Shown here one piece after another: positions 18,722-27,424 of a stretch of 63,429 bases of DNA (positions within the stretch are counted from its first letter, which is position 1; each line of letters begins with the position of its first letter). The stretch is from Patescibacteria group bacterium (GTDB lineage: Bacteria > Patescibacteriota > CPR2 > UBA1875 > CAIMLA01). A program made the translations under genes and the position numbers. The notes beneath the pieces are model-generated. The model was not told the DNA's origin, did no database searches, and saw nothing but the letters and a program-made list of their open reading frames with translations. The DNA is taken from positions 1 to 63,429 of the forward strand of contig JAQUMB010000001.1 in the NCBI GenBank assembly GCA_028718325.1, written 5' to 3'.

Positions 18722-18899
18722 TGTGACAATGACGAGGCATCACCACCCTCCGAGTCTCACCCAGGAGCCCAGGTGTATATGGACCAAAGAGTGCCCCGTG
18801 AAATGTCCCCGATGTTACAATCGGGACTAACGCGGGGAAGTCGAGTGGAACCGTCCGTCAGGTGACGGATCTTGACGACCCAATTTAGGTCGTTTTTTT
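18722..18899 (+). promoter_or_regulatory. T-box leader (tRNA-Thr-sensing transcription attenuator) of thrS
   Basis: T-box-like GAGTGGAACCG sits in an antiterminator: A1 GTCGAG/CTTGAC, bulge TGGAA, A2 CCGTC/GACGG. This competes with terminator ACGACC-CAATTTA-GGTCGT plus T7. A candidate specifier ACC-A lies at 18783-18786 on the 3' side of the first stem. Confidence 0.6.
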
Positions 18900-18915
18900 A
18901 TTAAAAGGAGGATTT

Positions 18916-20643
18916 ATGTCAGACAAAAATGTAGAAACAATGAGACACAGTTTAAGTCATGTTATGGCGGCGGCAGTTTTAGAAATGTTTCCGGAAGCAA
19001 AGCTAGCAATCGGACCAGCCATTGAAAACGGCTTCTACTATGATTTTGACCTTCCCAGAACATTAATCCCCGAGGATCTTCCCTTGATCGAAGAAAAAAT
19101 GAAAGCAATTGTAAAAAAGGGTTATACTTTTGAAAAAGCTGAAATCCCGGCAATCGAAGCCCTGCAAGAAACCAAAAAAAATAATCAAATCTATAAAGCA
19201 GATCTGATTCAGGATCTTATGAACCAAGGTGAAAAAACGGTTTCTTTTTACCGCATGAATAGCTTCACTGATCTCTGCAAAGGCCCTCACGTTAAAACTA
19301 CGAAAGAGATCGGCGCTTTCAAGCTTACGTCTATCGCTGGGGCTTATTGGCGCGGTAATGAAAAAAACAAAATGCTACAAAGAATTTACGGGGTGGCTTT
19401 TCCAACCCAGAAGGAGCTAGAAACATATTTAGAAATGCTCGAAGAAGCAAAGAAGAGAGACCACAAGAGACTAGGACCTGATCTTGGATTATTTATGTTC
19501 CACGAGACAGCCCCTGGCATGCCTTATTGGTTACCAAATGGAGTAATTATCTTAAACGAACTTATTAATTTCTGGCGAGTTGAGCATACTGAGCGGAATT
19601 ATGTCGAAATAAAAACTCCTCTTATAAACAAGAAAGAACTTTACGAAATTTCTGGGCACTGGGATCATTATCAAGAAGAAATGTTTATATCAAAAACTGA
19701 AAATAAAGAGATTTACGCCCTAAAACCGATGAATTGTCCGAATGCCATGGTTGTATTTGGCAGCAAAAAAAGAAGTTATCGTGAGCTCCCTATGAGATTG
19801 GGTGATACTGATACTCTTCATCGAAATGAAAGATCAGGGACACTGAATGGGCTTCTCCGGGCTCGTGAGTTTTCTCAAGATGATGCTCATATTTTTGTAG
19901 CAGAAAGCCAAATCAAAGATGAATATCGAAATATTTTCGAAATTGTTGAAAGATTTTACTCAATCTTTGGCTTGGATTATTCTTTCAGATTGGGTACACG
20001 ACCCGACAAATATATGGGTGACAAAAAAATTTGGGACAAAGCTGAAAAAGAATTGAAAGAAATCCTGGTTGAAAGCAAAAAGCCCTTTACTATTTTAGAA
20101 GGTGATGGAGCTTTTTACGGTCCAAAGATCGACATCCTAATGAAAGATTCCCTTGGGCGAGAGTGGCAGATGGGTACTATCCAGTTAGATTTCCAAATCC
20201 CCCTACGATTCAACCTTACTTATACAAACGAGGAGGGCAAGGAAAAGACCCCTGTAGTAATCCACCGAGTTATCTACGGTTCTCTTGAAAGGTTTATGGG
20301 AATATTAGTAGAGCACACTGCTGGGGCCTTCCCACTTTGGCTATCCCCTGTTCAAGTTCGGTTAATTCCGGTGTCCGACAAGTTTATCAAATTTTCCGAA
20401 AGGATTGAGAAACAGTTTAGAGAAGAGAATATACGTGTCGAGATTGATAAGGATACCGAATCAGTAGGCAAAAAGATTCGAAACGCAGAACTTATGAAGA
20501 CTCCATACATGATTGTTGTGGGCGAAAAAGAAGAAAAATCAGGCCTTTTGCCAATCCGCTCATATCTAAAAGGTGATCTTGGAAATTTAAAGCTAGACAA
20601 GTTTATCGAGAAAATCAAAAAGGAAATTAACGACAAAAAATAA
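18916..20643 (+). CDS. thrS: threonine--tRNA ligase (no N-terminal TGS domain)
   Basis: 575 aa. It starts at the editing/second-additional-domain HxxxH (MRHSLSHVMA). Class II motifs follow, and an anticodon-binding C-terminus. Confidence 0.93.
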   Translation: MSDKNVETMRHSLSHVMAAAVLEMFPEAKLAIGPAIENGFYYDFDLPRTLIPEDLPLIEEKMKAIVKKGYTFEKAEIPAIEALQETKKNNQIYKADLIQDLMNQGEKTVSFYRMNSFTDLCKGPHVKTTKEIGAFKLTSIAGAYWRGNEKNKMLQRIYGVAFPTQKELETYLEMLEEAKKRDHKRLGPDLGLFMFHETAPGMPYWLPNGVIILNELINFWRVEHTERNYVEIKTPLINKKELYEISGHWDHYQEEMFISKTENKEIYALKPMNCPNAMVVFGSKKRSYRELPMRLGDTDTLHRNERSGTLNGLLRAREFSQDDAHIFVAESQIKDEYRNIFEIVERFYSIFGLDYSFRLGTRPDKYMGDKKIWDKAEKELKEILVESKKPFTILEGDGAFYGPKIDILMKDSLGREWQMGTIQLDFQIPLRFNLTYTNEEGKEKTPVVIHRVIYGSLERFMGILVEHTAGAFPLWLSPVQVRLIPVSDKFIKFSERIEKQFREENIRVEIDKDTESVGKKIRNAELMKTPYMIVVGEKEEKSGLLPIRSYLKGDLGNLKLDKFIEKIKKEINDKK

Positions 20644-21548
20644 TGAGTCCTAAAACTGCTATTGCCATTGATATCGGCGCGACAAATACACGCGTTGCTT
20701 TGATTGATGAACTTGGGCAACTTGTCTATAAGAACAAAAAGAAAACTTCGCATACAGAATCAAATAATGAATTTATCAACTTTCTAAAAGAATTTATTGA
20801 AGAATCTCTCAAGGAAAAAGAAATTGCTGACTCTTTTGGCATCGGAATTTGTATTGCAGGTTTTATAAATATTGAACAAGGTACTTTAGTTAGTTCTCCT
20901 AATCTGCCAAACAAAAATTTGGAGATTGTGGTTAATTTTAAAGACTATTTTCAAAAAAAAGTGACTTTGAATAACGATGCTAATGCCGCAATTCTTGGTG
21001 AAAAAACCTGGGGACACGGTAAAAATCTTGAGAATTTTATCTACCTCACTTTTTCTTCCGGCATTGGTGGAAGTATTATAACGAATGGGAAACTGGTTAC
21101 TGATAAATGTGGAAACAGCATCGAACCTGGTCACGTAAAAATTGGTTCCGAATACGATTTATTATGCGGTTGCGGTGAGAAAAATCATTGGGAAGCTTAT
21201 GCTTCCGGTCTGAATCTGCCAAATTTCCTTACCGCTTGGGTAGGAAAAAGTAACGTCAAATTGGATTTTGATGGATCTGACGTTTATCAGATTTTTGACG
21301 CCATCAAAAAAAATGACAAAATCGCGAACCAATTTTTTGAACAAGTAATGAAGATAAATCTGATCGGCATAAATGATTTGATCAAGAAATACCAACCTGA
21401 ACTTATTATTATTGGCGGGAGTGTCTACCTTTTTAACCAAGAGTTGTTTTATCAATTCTTACCTAAAAAACCTGAGTTCAAAGCTGCGTTTTTCGGCGAC
21501 AATGAGTCTTTGGTTGGGGCCGTTTCCCCTATATTTTATTCAAAATAG
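20643..21548 (+). CDS. ROK-family sugar kinase
   Basis: AIDIGATNTRVAL ATP-binding N-terminus, GIGGSII, and the CGCGxxxHWE zinc motif. The start overlaps the thrS stop (TAATG). Confidence 0.85.
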   Translation: MSPKTAIAIDIGATNTRVALIDELGQLVYKNKKKTSHTESNNEFINFLKEFIEESLKEKEIADSFGIGICIAGFINIEQGTLVSSPNLPNKNLEIVVNFKDYFQKKVTLNNDANAAILGEKTWGHGKNLENFIYLTFSSGIGGSIITNGKLVTDKCGNSIEPGHVKIGSEYDLLCGCGEKNHWEAYASGLNLPNFLTAWVGKSNVKLDFDGSDVYQIFDAIKKNDKIANQFFEQVMKINLIGINDLIKKYQPELIIIGGSVYLFNQELFYQFLPKKPEFKAAFFGDNESLVGAVSPIFYSK

Positions 21549-21576
21549 ATCAGGATCGTGCTAAAATAACTCAGCT

Positions 21577-22950
21577 ATGAAGTACTATTTTTGGATATTA
21601 GGTTGTGCCATGAATTATTCGGATGCCGAAAGAATTTCGGCGCTTTTTGATTCTTTCGGTTTTCAAAAAACCGAAAATGAAAAAGAAGCAGATATTGTTT
21701 GTGTAATTGCCTGTTCCGTCCGGCAACATGCGGTAGATCGAATTTATGGCAAAGTAAAAGGGTGGAATGAAACGAAAAAGCACCGACAGTTAAGAACAGT
21801 TTTATCCGGTTGTGTTTTAGAAGGTGATAGGAAAAAATTTGAGAAGATATTTGATTTTATATTTGAAGTTAAAGACATAAGTAAACTAACAAAATATATT
21901 GAGGATATGTCATTGCGAGCGGAACGAAGCAATCTCAAAAGATCGCCACAAGTTAGCGACTCTTACGATGACAAAATTGAAGGCTATGGTGATTACCTTA
22001 ACATTCATCCAAAGTATCAATCACCTATTCGCGCTTATGTCCCAATTTCTACTGGCTGTGATAATTTTTGCACTTACTGCGCGGTTCCGTACACCCGTGG
22101 ACGAGAAAAATCACGGCCAATAGAAGAAATCATCGCTGAGATAAGGGATCTGGTTAAAAAAGGCTGTAAAGAAATAACCCTCTTGGGTCAAAATGTAAAT
22201 TCGTATGGAAATGATTATTCTTCGAACAACCGTGAGAAGTCTGATAGTCCTCAACCAGCGTTTTCGAACAATAATAAATTCATCGAGCTCATTAAGATAA
22301 TCGATCAAATTCCTGGAAAATATCGGGTTTATTTCTATTCTAACCATCCAAAGGACATTTCTGATGAGTTAATTACTGTTTTGCCAACACTAAAGCATTT
22401 TCCTCATTATCTTCATCTCCCACTTCAATCCGGAAACGATGAGATATTAAAAGAAATGAATCGTCACTATACCCAAGAAAAATATTTAGGGCTGGTAAAA
22501 AAAATCCGACAAGCATTACCTGATGTTCTGCTTACCACCGACATTATTGTCGGTTTTCCTGGTGAATCAAAGGAGCAGTTTTGGGATACATTAAAAGTCG
22601 TGAAAAAAGCGAGATTTGAAATGATCTTTCTTGCCCAGTTCTCCCCTCGTCCTGGAACAAAAGCAGCCAAAATGGTTGATGACGTATCAAAGGCCGAAAA
22701 GAAAAATCGAGAAACCCTAGTTAACGAGACTTTAACAAAAATTGTTCTAGAAAATAATGAAAAATTAATCGGCACAACTCAAGAAATACTGGTTGATGAA
22801 GCAAAAAAGGACAAACTGTATGGAAGGACAAAAGGTTACAAAGTCGTGGAAATAAAAAAATCACCAACTGTCAAAATTGGTGATTTCATAAATGTCAAAA
22901 TTGAATCAGCAACCGCTTGGAAATTATTCGGGAAGATTGAACTCCTTTGA
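21577..22950 (+). CDS. miaB: tRNA-2-methylthio-N6-dimethylallyladenosine synthase (radical SAM methylthiotransferase)
   Basis: N-terminal MTTase Cys triad region, radical-SAM CDNFCTYCAVPYTRGRE, and a C-terminal TRAM-like domain. Confidence 0.9.
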   Translation: MKYYFWILGCAMNYSDAERISALFDSFGFQKTENEKEADIVCVIACSVRQHAVDRIYGKVKGWNETKKHRQLRTVLSGCVLEGDRKKFEKIFDFIFEVKDISKLTKYIEDMSLRAERSNLKRSPQVSDSYDDKIEGYGDYLNIHPKYQSPIRAYVPISTGCDNFCTYCAVPYTRGREKSRPIEEIIAEIRDLVKKGCKEITLLGQNVNSYGNDYSSNNREKSDSPQPAFSNNNKFIELIKIIDQIPGKYRVYFYSNHPKDISDELITVLPTLKHFPHYLHLPLQSGNDEILKEMNRHYTQEKYLGLVKKIRQALPDVLLTTDIIVGFPGESKEQFWDTLKVVKKARFEMIFLAQFSPRPGTKAAKMVDDVSKAEKKNRETLVNETLTKIVLENNEKLIGTTQEILVDEAKKDKLYGRTKGYKVVEIKKSPTVKIGDFINVKIESATAWKLFGKIELL

Positions 22951-23250
22951 CTTGATATTTTCCCAACCATCATCAACTGATTTCTTCATTTCTTTTTCTT
23001 TTTCTGCTTGAAATTCCACTGTTGGGTCAACTTCAAAATGAGCTCCCGCCCCTTTACTATCAGTGACCCATTCAGGTACTGAGTAGTCCCCTTCTGCTAT
23101 CCGATCATGGGTTGCCTCTCTGATTTGTTGCTCAACTGGTTTCGGCTTTGATTCATCGACCTTTGCTCCAGGAAACTCGATTACCTGACCCTCTGTCTTT
23201 ATCTCATCTTCTGGCTTTGGTGGCGTATAACCTTGTGATTCTACTCCCAT
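22924..23250 (-). CDS. hypothetical acidic protein
   Basis: 108-aa ORF, convergent with miaB and overlapping it by 27 nt. No recognisable motif. Confidence 0.45.
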   Translation of the reverse strand: MGVESQGYTPPKPEDEIKTEGQVIEFPGAKVDESKPKPVEQQIREATHDRIAEGDYSVPEWVTDSKGAGAHFEVDPTVEFQAEKEKEMKKSVDDGWENIKSKEFNLPE

Positions 23251-23309
23251 TTTCTCTCCTTGCTTATGACTAATATTATAAACTATTTCTTGATATAATC
23301 AAAAAGCTT

Positions 23310-24197
23310 ATGAATAAACCAATAATTATTGTAGCCGGGCCAACAGCCAGTGGTAAAACTTCTCTGGCCATAGACCTGGCAAAAAAATTTAATGGTGAAA
23401 TCGTCAACGCAGATTCACGAAGTATCTATCGTGAAATGGATGTTGCTACTAGCAAACCAACTACTGAAGAACGTCAAGAAATTCCTCATCACTTGATTGA
23501 TATCGTTAAGCCGGACGAAACGTTTTCTTTGTCAGATTACAAAAAATTAGCCAACTCAGCTATCTCAGAGATTCAAAACCAAGGGAAAATCCCATTCTTG
23601 GTAGGTGGGACTGGTTTATATCTTGATTCGATCGCCTATGATTACAATTTGGCTGAGACAAAGCCAAATCTAGTTTTGCGAAAAGAATTGGAAAAGTCAT
23701 CAACTACCGAGTTAGCCGAAAAATTAAAGTTACTTGATCCTAATACATATAAAATTATTGATTTAAAGAATAAGAGGCGGCTGATCAGAGCAATTGAGGT
23801 TGCTTCACAAACAAATGAATCCTTTACTTCACTTCAAACAAAAAAACCCAAACCAGCAAATATTTTGTATTTAGTCTTAGATGTACCAAGAGATGTAATA
23901 TACAAGAGGATAGGCCAGCGGATCGAAAAGTGGCATACGGAAGGTCTGGTCAAAGAAGCCGAGGACTTGACTAAAAAGTATTCGATTAATTTGCCTTCCA
24001 TGTCTGCCATTGGCTATAAAGAAATTGGAGAATATATAAATCATAAAGTTTCATTGCCTGAAGCTTTAGAGAATATGAAAAAGAAAACTCGGAATTATGC
24101 TAAAAGACAAATAACCTGGTTTGGAAAGAATAAAGACATCATATATATTAAAAACGGAAAAGAAGCCACAAGGATTATTGAGAATTTTTTGAAATGA
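23310..24197 (+). CDS. miaA: tRNA dimethylallyltransferase
   Basis: P-loop IIIVAGPTASGKTSLAIDLA and an IPP-transferase pattern throughout. Confidence 0.93.
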   Translation: MNKPIIIVAGPTASGKTSLAIDLAKKFNGEIVNADSRSIYREMDVATSKPTTEERQEIPHHLIDIVKPDETFSLSDYKKLANSAISEIQNQGKIPFLVGGTGLYLDSIAYDYNLAETKPNLVLRKELEKSSTTELAEKLKLLDPNTYKIIDLKNKRRLIRAIEVASQTNESFTSLQTKKPKPANILYLVLDVPRDVIYKRIGQRIEKWHTEGLVKEAEDLTKKYSINLPSMSAIGYKEIGEYINHKVSLPEALENMKKKTRNYAKRQITWFGKNKDIIYIKNGKEATRIIENFLK

Positions 24198-24234
24198 ACC
24201 TGAATATAAACTCAAACTTTGCTATACTAAATTT

Positions 24235-25602
24235 ATGCGTATTCTAATAGCAAATCTAATTGCGAAAATTGCTCGGATGACAAGTCGTTTAGCTAAACGT
24301 GGCGGCGGGACTACCCTTCCTGGTCTTTTGGCAGAGAAAATCGCTCCAAACATCATTACTAAGCTTGCCAACCAGCTACCTCAAGGAATTATCCTGATTA
24401 CTGGTACAAATGGCAAGACAACCACAGCAAGAATGTTAGCTGCAGTCCTTGAAGCAAACAACTTGAAGGTTATATACAATTCTTCGGGCAGTAACCTTTC
24501 GCGTGGAATTGCTTCTTGTTTGTCACAAAATAGTAATCTACTTGGAACAAAGATTAATGGCGATATTGGCATTTTTGAAGTAGACGAGGCAACAATGCCA
24601 GAGATTACCAAAAAAGTAACACCAAAAATAATTTTGGTTACCAACCTTTTTCGTGATCAGCTAGATCGTTATGGTGAATTAAACAAAACGGCTTCTATCA
24701 TCGGTTCAGCCATTAAGAGAGTTCCCGAATCAATTGTATTCCTGAATGCTGACGATCCGTTAGTTGCTAGTTTAAAGAAATACAATAAAAACGTTCGTTA
24801 TTTTGGTATTAATGATCACATCGAGACTAAATCTAATGGAGCGATCGATTCAAAAAATTGTTTAGAGTGCGATCACGAACTTAGATATGAACATCGTTAT
24901 TTTGGCCATCTAGGAACTTATGAATGTCCGAAATGTGGTGCAAAAAAGCCAAAATTAGATTACGGTTTGAGCAATCTAAGATTGTCAGTCGAAAAATCAA
25001 TAGCAAACTATGGCTTTTCAGACCACAAAATATTATTAGAAATTCAGTTGCCCGGACTGTATAATCTCTACAATGCTTTGGCAGCTTGTGCAATCGCCTC
25101 TGAAATGAGAATAAAGGATACCACAATCCAAGACTCCATTAAAAAAGTGACAGCTGCTTTTGGTCGAATGGAATCAGTGGAGGTAGGTACGAAAAAGCTT
25201 TTTCTTCTTTTAGTCAAAAATCCCACAGGGTTCACTCAAGTCATCGAGACCTTAAGTTACGACAATAAACCAAAAAGCCTTTTTTTATTGTTAAATGATA
25301 AATTCGCAGATGGAACAGATATTTCTTGGATTTGGGACGCTGAACTCGAATTGCTAAACAAATTGGCTGATAGAGTAGTAGTCAGCGGTATCAGGGCTGA
25401 AGATCTGCTTTTGCGGTTAAAATATGCTGACTTCGACCTTGGGAATGTGATGATTGAGAAAAATGTCGAGCAGGCCCTTGACTTGGCCTTCGCCAACATC
25501 CAAGAAGGCGAAACGCTTTATGTGATGCCGACGTATACCGCTATGTTGGAATTAAGAAAAATTTTATACAACCGTAGTTTAGTAAAGGGGTTGGTCGAAT
25601 GA
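24235..25602 (+). CDS. murT: lipid II isoglutaminyl synthase, Mur-ligase-like subunit
   Basis: Mur ligase P-loop ITGTNGKTTT, the four-Cys ribbon CLECDHE...CPKCG, and a DUF1727-like C-terminus. Confidence 0.88.
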   Translation: MRILIANLIAKIARMTSRLAKRGGGTTLPGLLAEKIAPNIITKLANQLPQGIILITGTNGKTTTARMLAAVLEANNLKVIYNSSGSNLSRGIASCLSQNSNLLGTKINGDIGIFEVDEATMPEITKKVTPKIILVTNLFRDQLDRYGELNKTASIIGSAIKRVPESIVFLNADDPLVASLKKYNKNVRYFGINDHIETKSNGAIDSKNCLECDHELRYEHRYFGHLGTYECPKCGAKKPKLDYGLSNLRLSVEKSIANYGFSDHKILLEIQLPGLYNLYNALAACAIASEMRIKDTTIQDSIKKVTAAFGRMESVEVGTKKLFLLLVKNPTGFTQVIETLSYDNKPKSLFLLLNDKFADGTDISWIWDAELELLNKLADRVVVSGIRAEDLLLRLKYADFDLGNVMIEKNVEQALDLAFANIQEGETLYVMPTYTAMLELRKILYNRSLVKGLVE

Positions 25603-26396
25603 ATAAGAAGCTAACTTTAGCCCATTTTTATCCTGACAATATGAACCTTTATGGAGACCTCGGCAATATTGTCACCCTTTTGAAAAGATGCCAGTGGCAA
25701 AATATTGACCTTGAAATAATCGAAATTAAAAAAACAGACAAGATTGGTCTGAAAAATGTTGATATTATTTTTCTCGGTGGCGGTCAAGACCAAGGACAAA
25801 AAATTATTGCCGACGATTTATTAAGTCGTGCAGATATGATAAAAGAGGAGATAGAAAAAGGACTAGTCGCTTTAACAATATGTGGTGGTTTTCAGCTTTT
25901 TGGGAAATACTTTCAAACAGCAGAAAATGAGCGAATTCCAGGAATTAGTGTTTTTGACTGTTATACTACTGCCGGACAAAAAAGACTAATTGGCAATGTA
26001 ATAGTCGATACCGAACAAAGTGCTAAAGAATGGCTGCCAACGGCTGAATTTCCCCATTATAAACCTTCTAGAACAACCTTAGTCGGCTTTGAAAACCACA
26101 GCGGACAAACAATTTTAGGAGATAATTGCAGACCATTGGGCAAAATTATAAAAGGATTTGGCAATCAAGGAGACAGCAAACACGAAGGTGGTGTTTACAA
26201 AAACGCTTTCGGTACTTATCTCCACGGCAGTTTGTTGCCAAAAAACCCTTGGTTTGCTGATCATTTGATCGCCCTTGCCTACTTCAGGCGTTATAGTGTA
26301 GAAGTTATGTTACATGAATTGGACGATTCTGTTGAAATAAGTGCTCACGAAGCGGCTTTATTACGAGCCGAGACGGCAAAAACTGTTTCAATATAA
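25599..26396 (+). CDS. gatD: lipid II isoglutaminyl synthase, glutaminase subunit (CobB/CobQ-like GATase)
   Basis: Nucleophile elbow LTICGGFQL and a His near the C-terminus (YLHGS). It overlaps murT by 4 nt. Confidence 0.88.
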   Translation: MNKKLTLAHFYPDNMNLYGDLGNIVTLLKRCQWQNIDLEIIEIKKTDKIGLKNVDIIFLGGGQDQGQKIIADDLLSRADMIKEEIEKGLVALTICGGFQLFGKYFQTAENERIPGISVFDCYTTAGQKRLIGNVIVDTEQSAKEWLPTAEFPHYKPSRTTLVGFENHSGQTILGDNCRPLGKIIKGFGNQGDSKHEGGVYKNAFGTYLHGSLLPKNPWFADHLIALAYFRRYSVEVMLHELDDSVEISAHEAALLRAETAKTVSI

Positions 26397-26419
26397 TTGT
26401 TTAATTTAGGAGAAACAAT

Positions 26420-26914
26420 ATGCCAGATGAAAATCTATTAAAGCTTCATCAAAAAACATATTTAAGAATACTAGAAAATTCAGTAGGCTGTCGTTTATTT
26501 AATTCAAATATTGTAAGGAATAAAAACACTAATGAAGAGTACGATGTTTTAGATGATGGGACATTTTCCTGCGCTTTTTTTGTAAGTGGCATTTTGACTC
26601 TCTTCGGTCAAATTGATCGAATGCATTCAACAGTAGAAACTGTTTCTAAAAAACTAACTGAGGATCCTAATTGGGAAGAGGTTTCTTTAAATGATATTAA
26701 GCCCGGAGACGTCCTGGTTTGGGAAAAAGTTACATTCAAAGACGGAACAAGCTCCGATCATAATGGCTTCGCATTAAATAAGAATGAGGCTGTTTCGACC
26801 AGCTACATAGAAAAAAGTGTAACTCGTCATCATATAACCTTTGGCGTAGACAAAAATAATCAGCCAAATAGGAAAATTACAAAAATATTCCGCAATAAAT
26901 TACTTACTTCATAG
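26420..26914 (+). CDS. hypothetical protein, possible papain-fold (NlpC/P60- or CHAP-like) Cys/His protein
   Basis: 164 aa. DDGTFSCAFFVSG (candidate nucleophile Cys) and SSDHNGFAL (candidate His). Weak call made by eye only. Confidence 0.5.
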   Translation: MPDENLLKLHQKTYLRILENSVGCRLFNSNIVRNKNTNEEYDVLDDGTFSCAFFVSGILTLFGQIDRMHSTVETVSKKLTEDPNWEEVSLNDIKPGDVLVWEKVTFKDGTSSDHNGFALNKNEAVSTSYIEKSVTRHHITFGVDKNNQPNRKITKIFRNKLLTS

Positions 26915-26926
26915 TAAAAGTCTTTT

Positions 26927-26954
26927 AAAAAAGAGGCATTTAAGCCTCTTTTTA
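26927..26954. terminator. bidirectional intrinsic terminator
   Basis: AAAAAAGAGGC-ATTTAA-GCCTCTTTTT between convergent genes. Confidence 0.7.
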
Positions 26955-26977
26955 TTTACAAACTTTTATTCAGTTTG

Positions 26978-27262
26978 CTAGACCCACTCTATGCCTGCAA
27001 ACTTATGCTTCGTAGCAATCAAAATCACATCGATCAACCACCAGATACCAAATCCTCCGAAAGTGATTAACTTCAATATCCCCAAACCAACTTGGCCCAT
27101 AATAAATCTGTCAATTCCAAGCTGACCAAGAAAAATGGAAATTACTAAGGTCAAAACCCAATTGACCTGCTTAGTACTGCTTGCAGCAGGGCTTGTCGTT
27201 ACATTAATATTGTTTACAGTTTGAGCAGCCGTGGCCTGCTCTGGTCCTGTTTCTTCTGGCAT
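26978..27262 (-). CDS. TM2 domain-containing membrane protein
   Basis: GQLGIDRFIMGQVGLGILKLITFGGFGIWWLIDVILI is the TM2-domain signature. Confidence 0.85.
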   Translation of the reverse strand: MPEETGPEQATAAQTVNNINVTTSPAASSTKQVNWVLTLVISIFLGQLGIDRFIMGQVGLGILKLITFGGFGIWWLIDVILIATKHKFAGIEWV

Positions 27263-27424
27263 TGTGCCTCCTTTATGTTTTTATTTACAAAGTAATCATA
27301 GCCTTTCTCTTTATTAGAGTCAAATTTACTCATAAAGATGTTCTGGCCAATAAATTATGTCTGTATACTTGTTTTATCACATGAAATGATTTTTACTTAT
27401 AATAAAGTAAAAATCGGAGTAAAC

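Noticed and set aside
21905-21940. Inside miaB, the DNA GTCATTGCGAGCGGAACGAAGCAATCTC encodes SLRAERSNL in frame. On the opposite strand it encodes RLLRSARND. This resembles the recurrent 'LRFARND / HCE..EAIS' palindromic element seen in many small spurious ORFs of metagenomic genomes.
   Set aside because: - There is a single copy in the window.
- It lies in frame in the variable linker between the MTTase and radical-SAM domains.
- It forms only a 5-bp stem.
- The identification rests on recollection only and needs BLAST to be meaningful.
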